Shown: positions 22,901 through 35,040 of the stretch, in pieces
How the letters are laid out: each line of letters begins with the position of its first letter
Position numbering within the stretch: position 1 is the first letter of the stretch
Assembly (NCBI RefSeq): GCF_006345805.1
Contig: NC_042998.1
Location: forward strand, 23,498,001 to 23,562,000
Reading direction: 5' to 3'
DNA length: 64,000 bases
Origin: Octopus sinensis
Lineage: Eukaryota
Notes under the pieces: model-generated
The model's database searches: none
What the model was told of the DNA's origin: nothing
What the model saw: only the letters and a program-made list of their open reading frames with translations
Position numbers and translations under genes: made by a program

Positions 22901-23564
22901 GAATGGTCACATAAAATACCCAAACATATACAAGGATAGAAGATATTAGGTAACACGTGTGTATGTGTGTGTTGTGGGCATACACACATGCACACATCAT
23001 TATGTGCAAACACAGTGATTGGAAGAGCATCTGGCTGTAAAAGAATGTTTCAGTAGCATTCATCTAACCCATGCTTCCATGGAAAAGAAAACCAATGCAA
23101 ACGGAACAAATGAACAGACAATTCTGTGTAGTAAATATAAATTGAACATCAGGACAAATTCACTATCAGCAAGGCAGAATATGTAATTCTTGCCGTCATA
23201 AGTACAATAAAGATAGAATGTCTAAGAAACAAATAGAAGAAAAATAACCTCTCTGGTTATTTATATTGATTTTCACTATCTTTATTTACTTAACTGCAGT
23301 CAATGCTCTAATTTTTTGGCTCAGAACTCTCTATGTTTGTTATTGTTTTTTTATCAGTTTGACCTGGGAGAAGAGGGATGGAAGAAAGGGATGTGCTCAT
23401 GGTTTCCAAAAGCTCTCCAAAATGTTGAGCTTGCTACCATTAACATGTTAACTGTAATATGTATGACTGGTGATGCATCACAAACTTCACACAACTGCCT
23501 TTTGCATCACTTGTGGTACATTTTTGAAAATTTGAGAAAATATTTTATTCCGTATCTTTGACAT

Positions 23565-23948
23565 GGTGCAGGAGTGGCTGCATGGTAACCACATGGTTCC
23601 AGGTTCAGTCCCACTGCGTGGCACCTTGGGCAAGTGTCTTCTACTATAGCCTCGGACCGACCAAAGCCTTGTGAATGGATTTGGTAGATGGAAACTGAAA
23701 GAAGCCTGTCGTATATTTGTGTATGTGTCTGTGTGTGGATGTATGTTTGTGTGTCTGTGTTTGTCCACCTACCATTGCTTGACAACTGATACTGGTGTAT
23801 TTACATCCCTGTAACTTAGCAGTTCAGCAAAAATAGACTGATAGAATAAGTACTAGTCTTATAAAGAATAAGTCCTGGAGTTGATTTGTTCGACTAAAGG
23901 TGGTACTCCAGCATGGTCGCAGTCAAATGACTGAAGCAAATAAAAGAA
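23565..23948 (+). mobile_element. SINE family A, near full length
   Basis: All family modules present. Confidence 0.85.
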
Positions 23949-23965
23949 TGCCAGTATGCGAAGGT

Positions 23966-24262
23966 TACATAGCTTAGTGGTTAAAGTATTTGGCTTACAA
24001 TCATAAAGTTGTGTATTTGATTCCTGGCGGCACGTTGTGTTCTTGAGCAAGACATTTTAGTTCATGTTACTCTAGTCCACCCTGCTGCCAAAAACGAACA
24101 GTACTTGTATTTCAAAGAGCCAGACTTGTTGAAGTCTGTGTTACATTGAATCCCACATATGTGTGTGGAATACTCAGCCGCTTGCATGTTAATTTCATGA
24201 GCAGACTGTTCCTTTAATGGATGAGCTGGAACACTTGTCTTCATAACTGACAAAGTGCCAGT
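23966..24262 (+). mobile_element. SINE family B
   Basis: TAGCTTAGTGG A box; GTGTTCTTGAGCAAGACA; 3' part GTTAATTTCATGAGCAGACTGTTCC. Confidence 0.7.
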
Positions 24263-25325
24263 TCATGCTAGTACTTTTTAAATTTCACCAATATAATTGC
24301 AGTCTACTCCATTGGAAATCTATCTCTGCAAAATTCTATTAAAAAAATGTGTATTTTTTAGAAAGTCATAAGACACTCTTTCTGCGCTCATGTGAATTCT
24401 CTTTGTATCTCCCTTTTATTCTTTTTCCCCTCCTCTCTGTACAGTGTAAAGCATGACTAGGGAAATCAACCAACCAACCAACCAACATTTATATCAACTA
24501 TTGTTATGCAAAGATGATTATGTAAACCAAAATACCTCCTGGGTTTACAGTTTAGAATAAATTTCATTTCATTGAATATGTTGTGTTTAACTAAATTACA
24601 GACTATTAAATGGAAATATATAAAAATAAATTCTTGGCACATTTGAAAAATGAGGACAATGTCTTTTCTCTACCCAGAAATTTTATTGTATTTGTGTTTA
24701 AAGAAGTTTTCTCTGAAATCAGTATTGAAAAAAATTGATAAGATTTTAGGCACTTCAAATTTAGTTTCACAATATTTTACAAAGAAATCTAATATGAAAT
24801 CTAATTTGATTTTTAATGTTTATCTACATTAATATTTTCTTCTTTCTATTTTTGCTGTGCATAAAAAAATGGATGATCTTGTACATTTTTTTTATAAACT
24901 CCTTTATGATCTGTTTCCTATAAAATGGTGCATCAACAGAACCACTGTTTTTTATCCTTTAAGTTTTGGTTGTGATACAAAAGTAGGAGACGGTATAAAA
25001 CTGTTAACTTTAATGAATCATTTGTGTTCATCTTATCTATTTTTTCCAGTCGTACAACTTTTTTTGGTTTAACTAAAATGAAATTTGTTTTGTGATGTAC
25101 AAACAAAAATCAACATTTTAAATATAATAAGATAAAATTTCTTGCACACATGCACATACACACACACACACACCACACACACACACACACACGCACACAT
25201 ACAAGGGTAAGTTTTATTATATATTTTGCTTTGCTTTAGTATACCGAAATAAATGTCAAGAAATTACTAAATTTCCTATCCGTTGTTTTCATACTTATTT
25301 TATGATGCTTGTGATTTATTTCCAG

Positions 25326-25806
25326 AGCGTCTTGATCAATGAGATGCCAGATAAAATCCTCTTGCAGATATTTTCGTTTCTCAAGCATAGGGAACTTGGG
25401 AAAATCGCACGTGTGTGCAAACGTTGGCGTCTTATCGCATACGACAGTCGACTGTGGCAGGCGGTGTCCTTGCGTCCTGAATTCTCCGGTCTGCATGTGA
25501 ATAATACTGAAACGCTGCTGGCTTTAATAAACATCCGTTTCGGTTCAACTCTCCGATATATTGAGCTTCCCTGTGAACTGATCACGTCCCCTGTCTTGCA
25601 TGACCTTGCCAATAAGTGTCCTAACCTCAAGTACATGACACTTGATTTTTCAAATGCAATGCAATTACATGACTTCAATGATTTGAACGCCTTTCCTTGT
25701 AACCTTCGAAGTCTCTGCATCTGTTTATCCGAGGTAATCTTTTTGGAGGGATTTATGCGAAGGATTTATAGCTGTTTATCATCTCTGGAAGTTCTTCATT
25801 TGATTG
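25326..25806 (+). CDS. F-box/LRR-repeat protein (FipoQ / C02F5.7-like), F-box exon
   Basis: Acceptor TTTATTTCCAG|AGC (phase 0), donor ATTG|GTGAGT (phase 1). F-box LINEMPDKILLQIFSFLKHRELGKIARVCKRWRLIAYDSRLW followed by LRR-like repeats (LANKCPNLKYMTLDFS, FPCNLRSLCICLS, LSSLEVLHLIG). Family assignment from remembered similarity to Drosophila FipoQ. Confidence 0.9.
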
Positions 25807-26030
25807 GTGAGTATATACTTTTTTTCATTTTAAATTAATCAAGATTGAATCTTGTTTTGTTGTTGTTGTTGTTGTTTAGTCTTGTGGCATAGCTAATAGG
25901 GGAGCAAGAGATGTGCCTCTCTTATTGAACAACATTTTAAACTCTTTAGTTACCTGTGTCAGTAGTTGTAAGTTCCATACATAATGACATGAAATTAAGG
26001 AATGTAGAATACAGTTGCATATATTATAGT

Positions 26031-26237
26031 TTTCTTTTATTTGTTTCAGTCGTTTGACTGCGGCCATGCTGGAGCACCACCTTTAGCTGAACAAATCGAC
26101 CCCAGGACTTATTCTTTGTTAAGCCTAGTGCTTATCCTATCGGTCTCTTTTGCCGAACTGCTAAGTTACAGGGATGTAAATACACCAACATCGGTTGTCA
26201 ATGAATGGTGGGGTGACAAACACAGACACACAAACAT

Positions 26238-26276
<39 letters not shown>

Positions 26277-26446
26277 TAGATATACAATGGGCTTCTTTCA
26301 GTTTCTGTCTATCAAATCCACTCACAAGGCTTTGGTCGGCCTGAGGCTATAGTAGAAGACACTTGCTCAAGGTGCCACACAGTGGAACTGAACCTGGAAC
26401 CATGTTGTTGGTAAGCAAGCTACTTACCACACAGTCACTCCTGTGC
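26031..26446 (-). mobile_element. SINE family A, full length
   Basis: All modules in reverse complement, about 225 bp downstream of the exon donor. Confidence 0.85.
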
Positions 26447-26781
26447 TTATATACCAATGAAATAATTTTGTGCAATGAGTTAAAAATTGTTTGGTATGTG
26501 TCACGGCACCTTTTTCTTATGTGCTCACTCATCCTAACCTTAGAACCTGACTATGCCTCTGGTATAGTCCTTCAAGTCAGCCTTGGCTGGTAGATGTATT
26601 ATGAAAGGAATTCCTGCTGTGAGACTAACCTGTTTATTTATTAAATTATTTTCTGATGCAGTTTGTCTATACTACAGTCATCACCAAAAGTTTGGAACAT
26701 ATTTTTAAAAATCAAAGTTGTTATGCCTAAGTACAAATTGATTCAAATATGTACAATATACATATTTGGGCATTTAATATA

Positions 26782-27372
26782 TTGGGTTGTCCGGAAAGTT
26801 TGTGCCGATTTTTAAAGGAAAGAAAAAGGTCAATAAATACTTGCCACTACATTTTTAATCAACCAAATATGAACCATTTTGTTGCACAATGCGTCTCCAT
26901 CTTTCCTTTAACTTGAAAATAACCTCTTCCCAGAATTGAGGGGGTTTCATGGCAAATAATTCATCAAGGTATCTTTTTATGTCATCCAAGGAATTGAAAT
27001 TTTTACCATTAAGACTATTCTGCAGAGACCTGAATAAGTGGAAATCCGAAGGAGCAATATCTGATGAATATGGAGAGTGGGGTAACACATCCCAGCCAAG
27101 CTGCAGCAATTTTTGTCTGGTTCCCAAAGCATCAAGTGCCGAAAATGAACGTTCCTATCTTCTATTTTAAAGGGTTACAGAATTAACACAGGTTATAGGA
27201 ACATAAACCTTCTTCCATGAAAAGATAGCTTGATCTGTGCTCTAAATGGAGGTGTAGTCAAATCCTATTTTATGGACTCAACCATGTTCTCAACCATAAG
27301 TCAACCATGGACTCAACCATAAGTCAAAAGGTAAGCTACTATAAATCGGCACAAACTTTCCGGACAACCCAA
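26782..27372 (-). mobile_element. Mariner internal-deletion derivative, 591 bp
   Basis: Perfect 30-bp TIRs TTGGGTTGTCCGGAAAGTTTGTGCCGATTT (26782-26811, 27343-27372), TA on both sides; transposase C-terminus WDVLPHSPYSSDIAPSDFHLF..KLKERW at 26855-27127. Confidence 0.95.
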
Positions 27373-28119
27373 TAATAATGCTAATTTTCAGACCGATGTT
27401 CCAAACATTTGGCCAAGTAATAATATCAAATTAAATATATCTTTCAGCATTTAATATAAAAATTCTAATTTTCAGACCTATGTTCCAATCTTTTGACCAT
27501 GTCTGTACACTGTTCAATGTGTTTCATTTTTAAGATGATAGGGTCTTTGGAAATCATCTGTAGTCCTTAATATAATTTCTACCCTTCATCATGTATCTAT
27601 GAATTGTGTTTTACTGACAACATAGTTAAACAAATGGTAAACAACAAGTACCTAATAACATATGCGAGCCTTTAAAACTCATTCTTATTTTATGCTTCAC
27701 TCACAATGCAGATTAGCCATATTAATCAAGTGCTGGAAGTTGTGGCTTCTGAAGTTGTCCCCTTTCTGTTATTTATCACCCAGCAAAATCTACAGATGGC
27801 TCAGCCTTTGTACATGATTATTCATTAAGATCTTTTCATTAAGATCTTTTTGGGCCTCAACATATAAAAGAGATACTGCTACCAAATAGTCTGTCTGATG
27901 TTTGGCACCACACTTTATAAATATTGTATTTGATAGCATATAAAACACACTTTTACCTTTAAAAGTGTCTTAAAAATACTGCTGTGTCCTATATCCAAAG
28001 TTGAGCCTCCCATATGCTTTAATGCACCAATTTTTTTTTTCCTAAATATACACTGCTGAAAATAAGATGTAACTAATATACCCATGTATTTTTTCACGCC
28101 AACAAATATGGTAAATTAA

Positions 28120-28120
<1 letters not shown>

Positions 28121-28152
<32 letters not shown>

Positions 28153-29250
28153 CTTTCTCTGCTCACAGGTTAAACACCCAGAGATAAAACTTTATTTTGG
28201 TGGAACCTAATTTAAAACTTTGTAAAATACACTGATGCCTTTTTTCTCTTTACAAAATAAAAAAAATTTCAAATATAAAATCTGTGGCTATGTAACATAA
28301 GCTAGCTTCAGATAGGAAACCAAGGTTTTGTACATGCTGTCAAAAAAAAAAACACTAGTTGAATCCAAGCATCAAATGAATTTTATTATGTTGCAAACCA
28401 ATCTCTACATTTTATCTCTAGTTATTTGTCCCATTTTTAATATCATATTTCTGTTTTTGTAATTTGTGATGTCCAATTGCATGCATTTTACATGTTGGCT
28501 ATTTTCATCCAATTACCTATTTTAATAGAGAGATATCATTTGACTTACTTTATTTTTCTTTTTTGTATGTTGTTCATCTTATTAAAGTATGTTCAAAATT
28601 AATGTGATATATATATGTAGAATTTTCTTCTTTATAACTGACAGGGGCCTGTTGTCCCTCTCTTTATATATGTATGTGTGTGTGTGTGTTGTGTGTGTGT
28701 GTGCTTTCTCTGCTCACAGGTTAAACACCCAGAGATAAAACTTTATTTTGGTGGAACCTAATTTAAAACTTTGTAAAATACACTGATGCCTTTTTTCTCT
28801 TACAAAATAAAAAAAATTTCGAATATAAAATCTGTGGCTATGTAACATAAGCTAGCTTCAGATAGGAAACCAAGGTTTTGTACATGCTGTCAAAAAAAAA
28901 ACACTAGTTGAATCCAAGCATCAAATGAATTTTATTATGTTGCAAACCAATCTCTACATTTTATCTCTAGTTATTTGTCCCATTTTTAATATCATATTTC
29001 TGTTTTTGTAATTTGTGATGTCCAATTGCATGCATTTTACATGTTGGCTATTTTCATCCAATTACCTATTTTAATAGAGAGATATCATTTGACTTACTTT
29101 ATTTTTCTTTTTTGTATGTTGTTCATCTTATTAAAGTATGTTCAAAATTAATGTGATATATATATGTAGAATTTTCTTCTTTATAACTGACAGGGGCCTG
29201 TTGTCCCTCTCTTTATATATGTATGTGTGTGTGTGTGTGTGTGTGTGTTG
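28121..29250. repeat. Near-identical ~550-bp tandem duplication bounded by three (TG)n tracts
   Basis: GCTTTCTCTGCTCACAGG at 28152 and 28703; offset 549 at the far end. Confidence 0.95.
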
Positions 29251-29314
29251 TTGGTAAGCAAGCTACTTACCACACAGCCACTCCTGTACCTATTCTGTCT
29301 GTTCATTTACATAC

Positions 29315-29690
29315 AACATCATCATCATCATCATTCAATGTCCATTGTCCATGCTGGCATGAGTTAGAAGGTTTGACCAGGGCTTTGCAAACTGGAAGGC
29401 TGCACCGAACACCAGTCTGATTTGGCATGGTTTCTATGGCTGGATGCCCTTCCTAACACCAACCACCCCGAGAGTGTAATGGGTGCTTTTACGTACCACC
29501 AGCATGGGTACCATTTGCGTGACACCAGTATCTGCCACGACTGCGATTTTACTTGACTTGATGGGTCTTCTTCTCAAGCACAACATAATGCCAAATGGAC
29601 TTAAACATTACCTCCGGGAGGCCCAATGCTCAAAGCCTGGCATAATGCCAAAAGTTCTCAATCCTTGCCTCCATGAGCCCCAATGCTCCT
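29315..29690 (-). mobile_element. RTE-type 3' end (family F, diverged)
   Basis: (ATC)n, GGCTGGATGCCCTTCCTAAC..GTGCTTTTACGTACCACC motifs. Confidence 0.75.
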
Positions 29691-29809
29691 CTGTTGTTTA
29701 ACTTGATGTTCAATAAGCTAATGAGAGAACATCTATGAAATTGCTCAGCCTGCTAGAAATAGCAGCCAGATTTCCCTTTTAGAGCAGGAAAGACATATTC
29801 TTTAATATA

Positions 29810-30205
29810 GCCATGGCTGTGTGGTAAGTAGCTTGTTTACCATCCACATGGTTCTGGGTTCAGTCCCACTGCGTGGCACCTTGGGCAAGTGTCTTCTACT
29901 ATAGCCTCGGGCAGACCAGAGCCTTGTGAGTGGATTTGGTAGACGGAAACTGAAAGAAGTCCGTCGTATATATGTGTATATATATATATATGTATGTGTG
30001 TCTGTGTTTGTCCCCCTAGCATTGCTTGACAACCGATGCTGGTGTGTTTATGTCCCTGTCACTTAGCGGTTCGGCAAAAGAGACCGATAGAATAAGTACT
30101 GGGCTTACAAAGAATAAGTCCTGGGGTCTATTTGCTCGATTAAAGGCGGTGCTCCAGCATGGCCACAGTCAAATGACTGAAACAAGTAAAAGAGTAAAAG
30201 AATAA
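29810..30205 (+). mobile_element. SINE family A, full length, inserted into an older short repeat
   Basis: All modules present; flanks continue the TAGCAGCCAGATTTCCC..TGCCTTTGATCATAGGTC family. Confidence 0.85.
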
Positions 30206-30481
30206 GATGGGGTTGTTAAAGCTGCAATGCCTTTGATCATAGGTCAGTTCTGTCAGTATTGGTCTGGAGCAAAACAGTGATTAGAACAACAACATCAGTG
30301 CGTTTGGATGCTCAACTCACTTTAGAACATTGTTGAAATGTTCTAACTGATGGTGCAGCTGCATCCTCTTTACATGAGTGTTGTTGCAGCAGGTTATAAC
30401 TGGAAATCTGTCAGTTATAACAACAAGTGTTCCAGTTGATCCAATCAATAGAGCAGCCTGCTCGTGAAATTAATGTGCAAT

Positions 30482-30641
30482 GTGCAGGAGCGGCTGTGTG
30501 GTAAGTAACTCACTTACCAACCACATGGTTCTGGGTTCAGTCCCACTGTGTGGCAACTTGGTCAAGTGTCTTCTGACCAAAGCCTTGTGAGTAGATTTGG
30601 TAGACAGAAACTAAAAGAAACCTGTCGTATATATATATATA

Positions 30642-30707
<66 letters not shown>

Positions 30708-30710
30708 ATA

Positions 30711-30747
<37 letters not shown>

Positions 30748-30952
30748 TTGTGTGTCTGTGTTTGTCCACCCACCATCACTTGACAACCAGTGTCGGTGTG
30801 TCTATGTCCCTGTAACTTAGCAGCTTGCCAATAGAGAATAAGTACCAAGCTTACAAAGAACAAGTTCTGGGGTCTATTTGCTCGACTTAAGGGCAGTGCT
30901 CCAGCATGGCCACAGTCAAATGACTAAAACAAATAAAAGAGTAAAAGAGTAA
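30482..30952 (+). mobile_element. SINE family A with long (TG)n
   Basis: All modules present. Confidence 0.85.
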
Positions 30953-31125
30953 GTGACCGAGTGCTCCACAGTCGCGTGTAACCTTAATGTAGTTCTCAGG
31001 AAGATTCAGCGTGACATTCAATGTGACAAAGCTGGCTTTTTGAAATACAGTTGATACTCATTTTCACTAGCTGGGTGAACTGAAGTAATGTGAAATCAAG
31101 AGTCTTGCTCAAGGACACAACATGC
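30953..31125 (-). mobile_element. SINE family B fragment
   Basis: Matches 11790-11960. Confidence 0.65.
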
Positions 31126-31618
31126 TGCTGGATGGTCTGAATACCTCTAAGCCATGTACTTTCACAACCAGCAGGTTAAGTTGTCAACTGCTGTTCACAT
31201 GGACAAATACTTGTCTAGAGTCAAAGAGAAGGTTAATAGCCAAACTTCTATCCTTTTGTTCTCTTTCACTAATTACCATTCTTTCCTTGTGTTCACATTC
31301 TCCATTTTTAATCTGTCAGGCTGTCATGATAGATTTATATTAGTGGACAAATCAAGCACAAGAAAAAAAATATCTGTTTTGCTAGGGCAAAAATTGATGA
31401 CTAGTTTTGTTTTTGCTGGTTTATTTACCTTTTTTTTAATTAAATTAGCAGTTAATGCACTGAATGCTATATGCAAAAATTCTTAATTGGCTGTATAATT
31501 GCTTACAAGTTTCTTTTTCAAGTTATGAACAAATGAGGTTTGGCCTACATCTACCCTCATTTACATACAAAAATGATATTAAATAATAATAATAAAAATA
31601 ATAATAATCATAAAATAA

Positions 31619-31649
<31 letters not shown>

Positions 31650-32016
31650 CTAATTGATGTATCAATACCGGCTGATGACAACGTGTCTCTAAAAGAAATG
31701 GAGAAACTCTCAAAATACAAAGACCTGGAAATAGAGGTAACTAGAATGTGGAATCTGAAAACAGAAACAATTCCTATCATAGTAGGTGCATTAGGCATGA
31801 TAAAAAAATATTCAGACAAATACATAACAAAAACACCAGGACTTACAAATACATATAACATACAGAAAATTGCACTACTAGGCACTGCACACATCCTACG
31901 CAGAACACTTTCCATACAATAACCATCAGAGCATCACAACAAATCACAGCACATACCTAAGGCACACAGAGCTGTGCTCGGTAGTGAAGTGAAAGCACGC
32001 TATAAAAATAAAACTA

Positions 32017-32019
<3 letters not shown>
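31650..32019 (+). mobile_element. R4/Dong-type non-LTR retrotransposon 3' end (RLE C-terminus + 3' UTR) in (TAA)n
   Basis: Frame 31650-31922: LIDVSIPADDNVSLKEMEKLSKYKDLEIEVTRMW..IPIIVGALG..IQKIALLGTAHILRRTL; (AAT)n on both sides. Confidence 0.8.
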
Positions 32020-32068
<49 letters not shown>

Positions 32069-32109
32069 GTATAGCAAAAGTCAAACATAGAATAATAATA
32101 ATAATAATA

Positions 32110-32410
32110 GGTGAAAAGTTGAGAGATATGACAGATTAGCTTGGGAAGTTAAGCAGTTGTGGTCGATGAAAACGGAGGCAGTAGTACCAATAATTGTCGG
32201 AACCCTGGGAGCAGTGAGCAAAAATCTCAAGAAGTACGTGGAACAAATAGGGGCTGCAATAAGGGTGGAGCACTTGCAGAAAACTGCACTGCTTGGAACC
32301 ACCCAAATACTCCGGAAGGTGCTCGAAAAATAAGAGGTGTTACCATAGTTCACTGGTAGTGAACAGCTGACACTGTAGTACATCTCTAGCATTAGAAGCT
32401 GTGCAAAGGC
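32110..32410 (+). mobile_element. Second, different R4/Dong-type 3' end in the same (TAA)n tract
   Basis: Frame 32115-32333: KVERYDRLAWEVKQLW..VVPIIVGTLGAVSKNL..LQKTALLGTTQILRKVLEK*; (AAT)n on both sides. Confidence 0.75.
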
Positions 32411-32423
32411 AATAATAATAATG

Positions 32424-32454
<31 letters not shown>

Positions 32455-32458
<4 letters not shown>

Positions 32459-32790
32459 CATCGTTTAACATCCGATTTCCATGCTTGCATGGGTTGGACG
32501 ATTTTGATTGAGGGATGGCGAACCAGATGTCTGCACCAGGCTTCAATCTTGATCTGTCAGAGTTTCTACAGCTGGATGCCCTTCCTAACACCAACCACTC
32601 CGAGAGTGTACTGGGTGCTATTTACATTCCACTGGCACAGAGGCCAGTCAGGTGGTACTGGCAACGACCTCGCTCAAATCTTTTTACACATGCCACCGGC
32701 ACAGGTGCCAAGTAAGGCGATGCTGGTAATGATCACGCTCGAATGGTGCCTTTTATGTGCCACCAGCACGGAAACCAGTTAGCCGCTCAG
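32455..32790 (-). mobile_element. RTE-type 3' end (family F)
   Basis: CATCGTTTAACATCCG..CAGCTGGATGCCCTTCCTAAC plus diverged GTGCCACC repeats. Confidence 0.8.
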
Positions 32791-33454
32791 CTTTGTGCAT
32801 TAACAATAGGTTCCACTGTTTGGTAATTACTAAAAGTTAAGTAAATCAACCCCAGTATATATTTGGTATTTATATTATCCAACCCTGGAGGAACAAAAGG
32901 CAAAACTGATTCTTGAAAGATTTTATCTCAATACACACAACAAACTGACAAAACTAGTTGCTGTAAGGCATTTAGTCTTCATCTCGTTTCTGTTTTTGCT
33001 GCTTCACCACTTTTAATAACAGGAACAACAATAGAAAGTTTGTAAGACTTACAATAGGAGACATGTAAGAAATATATTATGAAAGTTAATGTGAAATTAT
33101 ACACTCATCAGCCAAAATCAATAAGATAATCTCCAACAAAGTGAAATCCTGTGGGGATTTTTACTATAATCTGACCATAATAGACTAAATTTTGTTAGAA
33201 TTCACAAAAGAAATTATGTGAGATGATTGACGGTTTTTTCTTTACATATTTTTTTTACATATCTTTTATGGTGAGTGTGCTTGAAAGTAAAAGAAAAGAT
33301 TGATAAGTGCTTCGATATATCTTTGTTAATATTTAGCAGAAGCAACAGAGTGACTCAAAGGCTGAGAGTTTCATGTGTTACTACTGATCAAACTTGAGAC
33401 TCTTGGCCTTTGAATCACACTGTTGCTTCTGTTAAATGTTGATTTCAAATTCTA

Positions 33455-33835
33455 GCACAAGGCCAGCAATTTCATGGGAGAGGGTAAGTTGATTAACTTG
33501 TACTTTCTTTATTGGTCCCCGAAAGAATAAAAGGCATAGTTGACTTTTTGGTGGAATTTGAACTCAGAACGTAAAGGCACATGAAATACCGCTAAGCATT
33601 TTGACTGGCGTGCTAATGATTCGTTTCTACTCAAGGCACAAAGCACAAAATTTTGGGGGAAGAGGCCAGTTGATTAGATTGACACCAGTATGCAACTGGT
33701 ATTTAATTTATTGACCCTAAACTGATGAAAGGCAAAGTTGACCTTGGCGGAATTTGAACTCAGAACGTAAAGACAGACAAAATACCGCTAAGTGTTTCAC
33801 CCAGCATGCTAACGTTTCTGCCAGCTCGCTACCCT
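33455..33835 (-). mobile_element. SINE family C, two tandem partial copies
   Basis: Reverse complement of TTCTGAGTTCAAATTCCGCC..GACTTTGCCTTTCATC..GATAAATTAAGTACCAG; the middle resembles the Meta-SINE domain (from memory). Confidence 0.7.
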
Positions 33836-34074
33836 GCTTCTGCTAAATATTAATAAATATATATATATATATATATTGAGAGAAAAAAAGTTGTCAGAAT
33901 TTTGGAAAAAAATCCTTTTATTTCTTCATTATTAATAGCGCTTTCGTTCCTTTCAAGAACTTGTTAAATAAAATTTTGTGAATGTACAAACAGCTTGTTT
34001 ATTTATATAAAACAGATTTTTCTTTTTCTTGGTGAGGTTTCAAGACACTTGGAGATGGATAGATAGAAATACAG

Positions 34075-34436
<362 letters not shown>

Positions 34437-34829
34437 TATGTTTTGTGTTCTATTTTTCCTTTTTGCATCACCAAACCTGTAAGTACTTTAGGTATTGATA
34501 AGAAGGCACAGAAATGATTGTATCTCTGATGTCTATAATGACTATGGCAAACTAAAAATCTTCTTTCAACCAAAAAAATAGAAATTTTGTAAAATCTCCA
34601 AAAATTGATTTTTGACAACTGCACAATGCTATAAATAAAAGTGCAGTCGACTGTATCAAGTGTTAATGTATATAAGGTACTTGTTTTATCGATGCTAGAA
34701 AGGATGAAAAGCAAAGTTGAATTTGGCAGGATTTTAACTCAAAACATTAAGGCTTAGGTTTGTCTGGAGCCCTAAGACTCATAAGGCCATAGCTAAACCT
34801 ATATTCCACAGTGTATAAGTGACTGAAGT

Positions 34830-35040
34830 TATAACACTTCCTACCCCTGGATGGGAAGCTGATCCATCACAAGGTTTATTCCCCAGCTATTGTTGGAATT
34901 CATTTACTGCTGAATGGATCAGAACAGCATGAACTGAAGTGTTTAACTCAATACCAAAACATACTGCTTGGTTCAGGAATTGATGCCATGATCTTATGAT
35001 GGTTAATGCAACACCCTAACAACTAAAGTATGTGCCTTTA
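34830..35040 (-). mobile_element. Diverged tRNA-headed SINE related to 60420-60665
   Basis: Minus strand CTTGTGATGGATCAGCTTCCCATCCAGGGG matches CCTGTGATGGACTGGCGTCCTGTCCAG. Confidence 0.5.

Noticed and set aside
28152-28200. Next exon of the F-box gene at the acceptor-like CTTTCTCTGCTCACAG|GTTAAA
   Set aside because: Phase-1 reading gives G|GT TAA, an immediate stop, and no LRR similarity.
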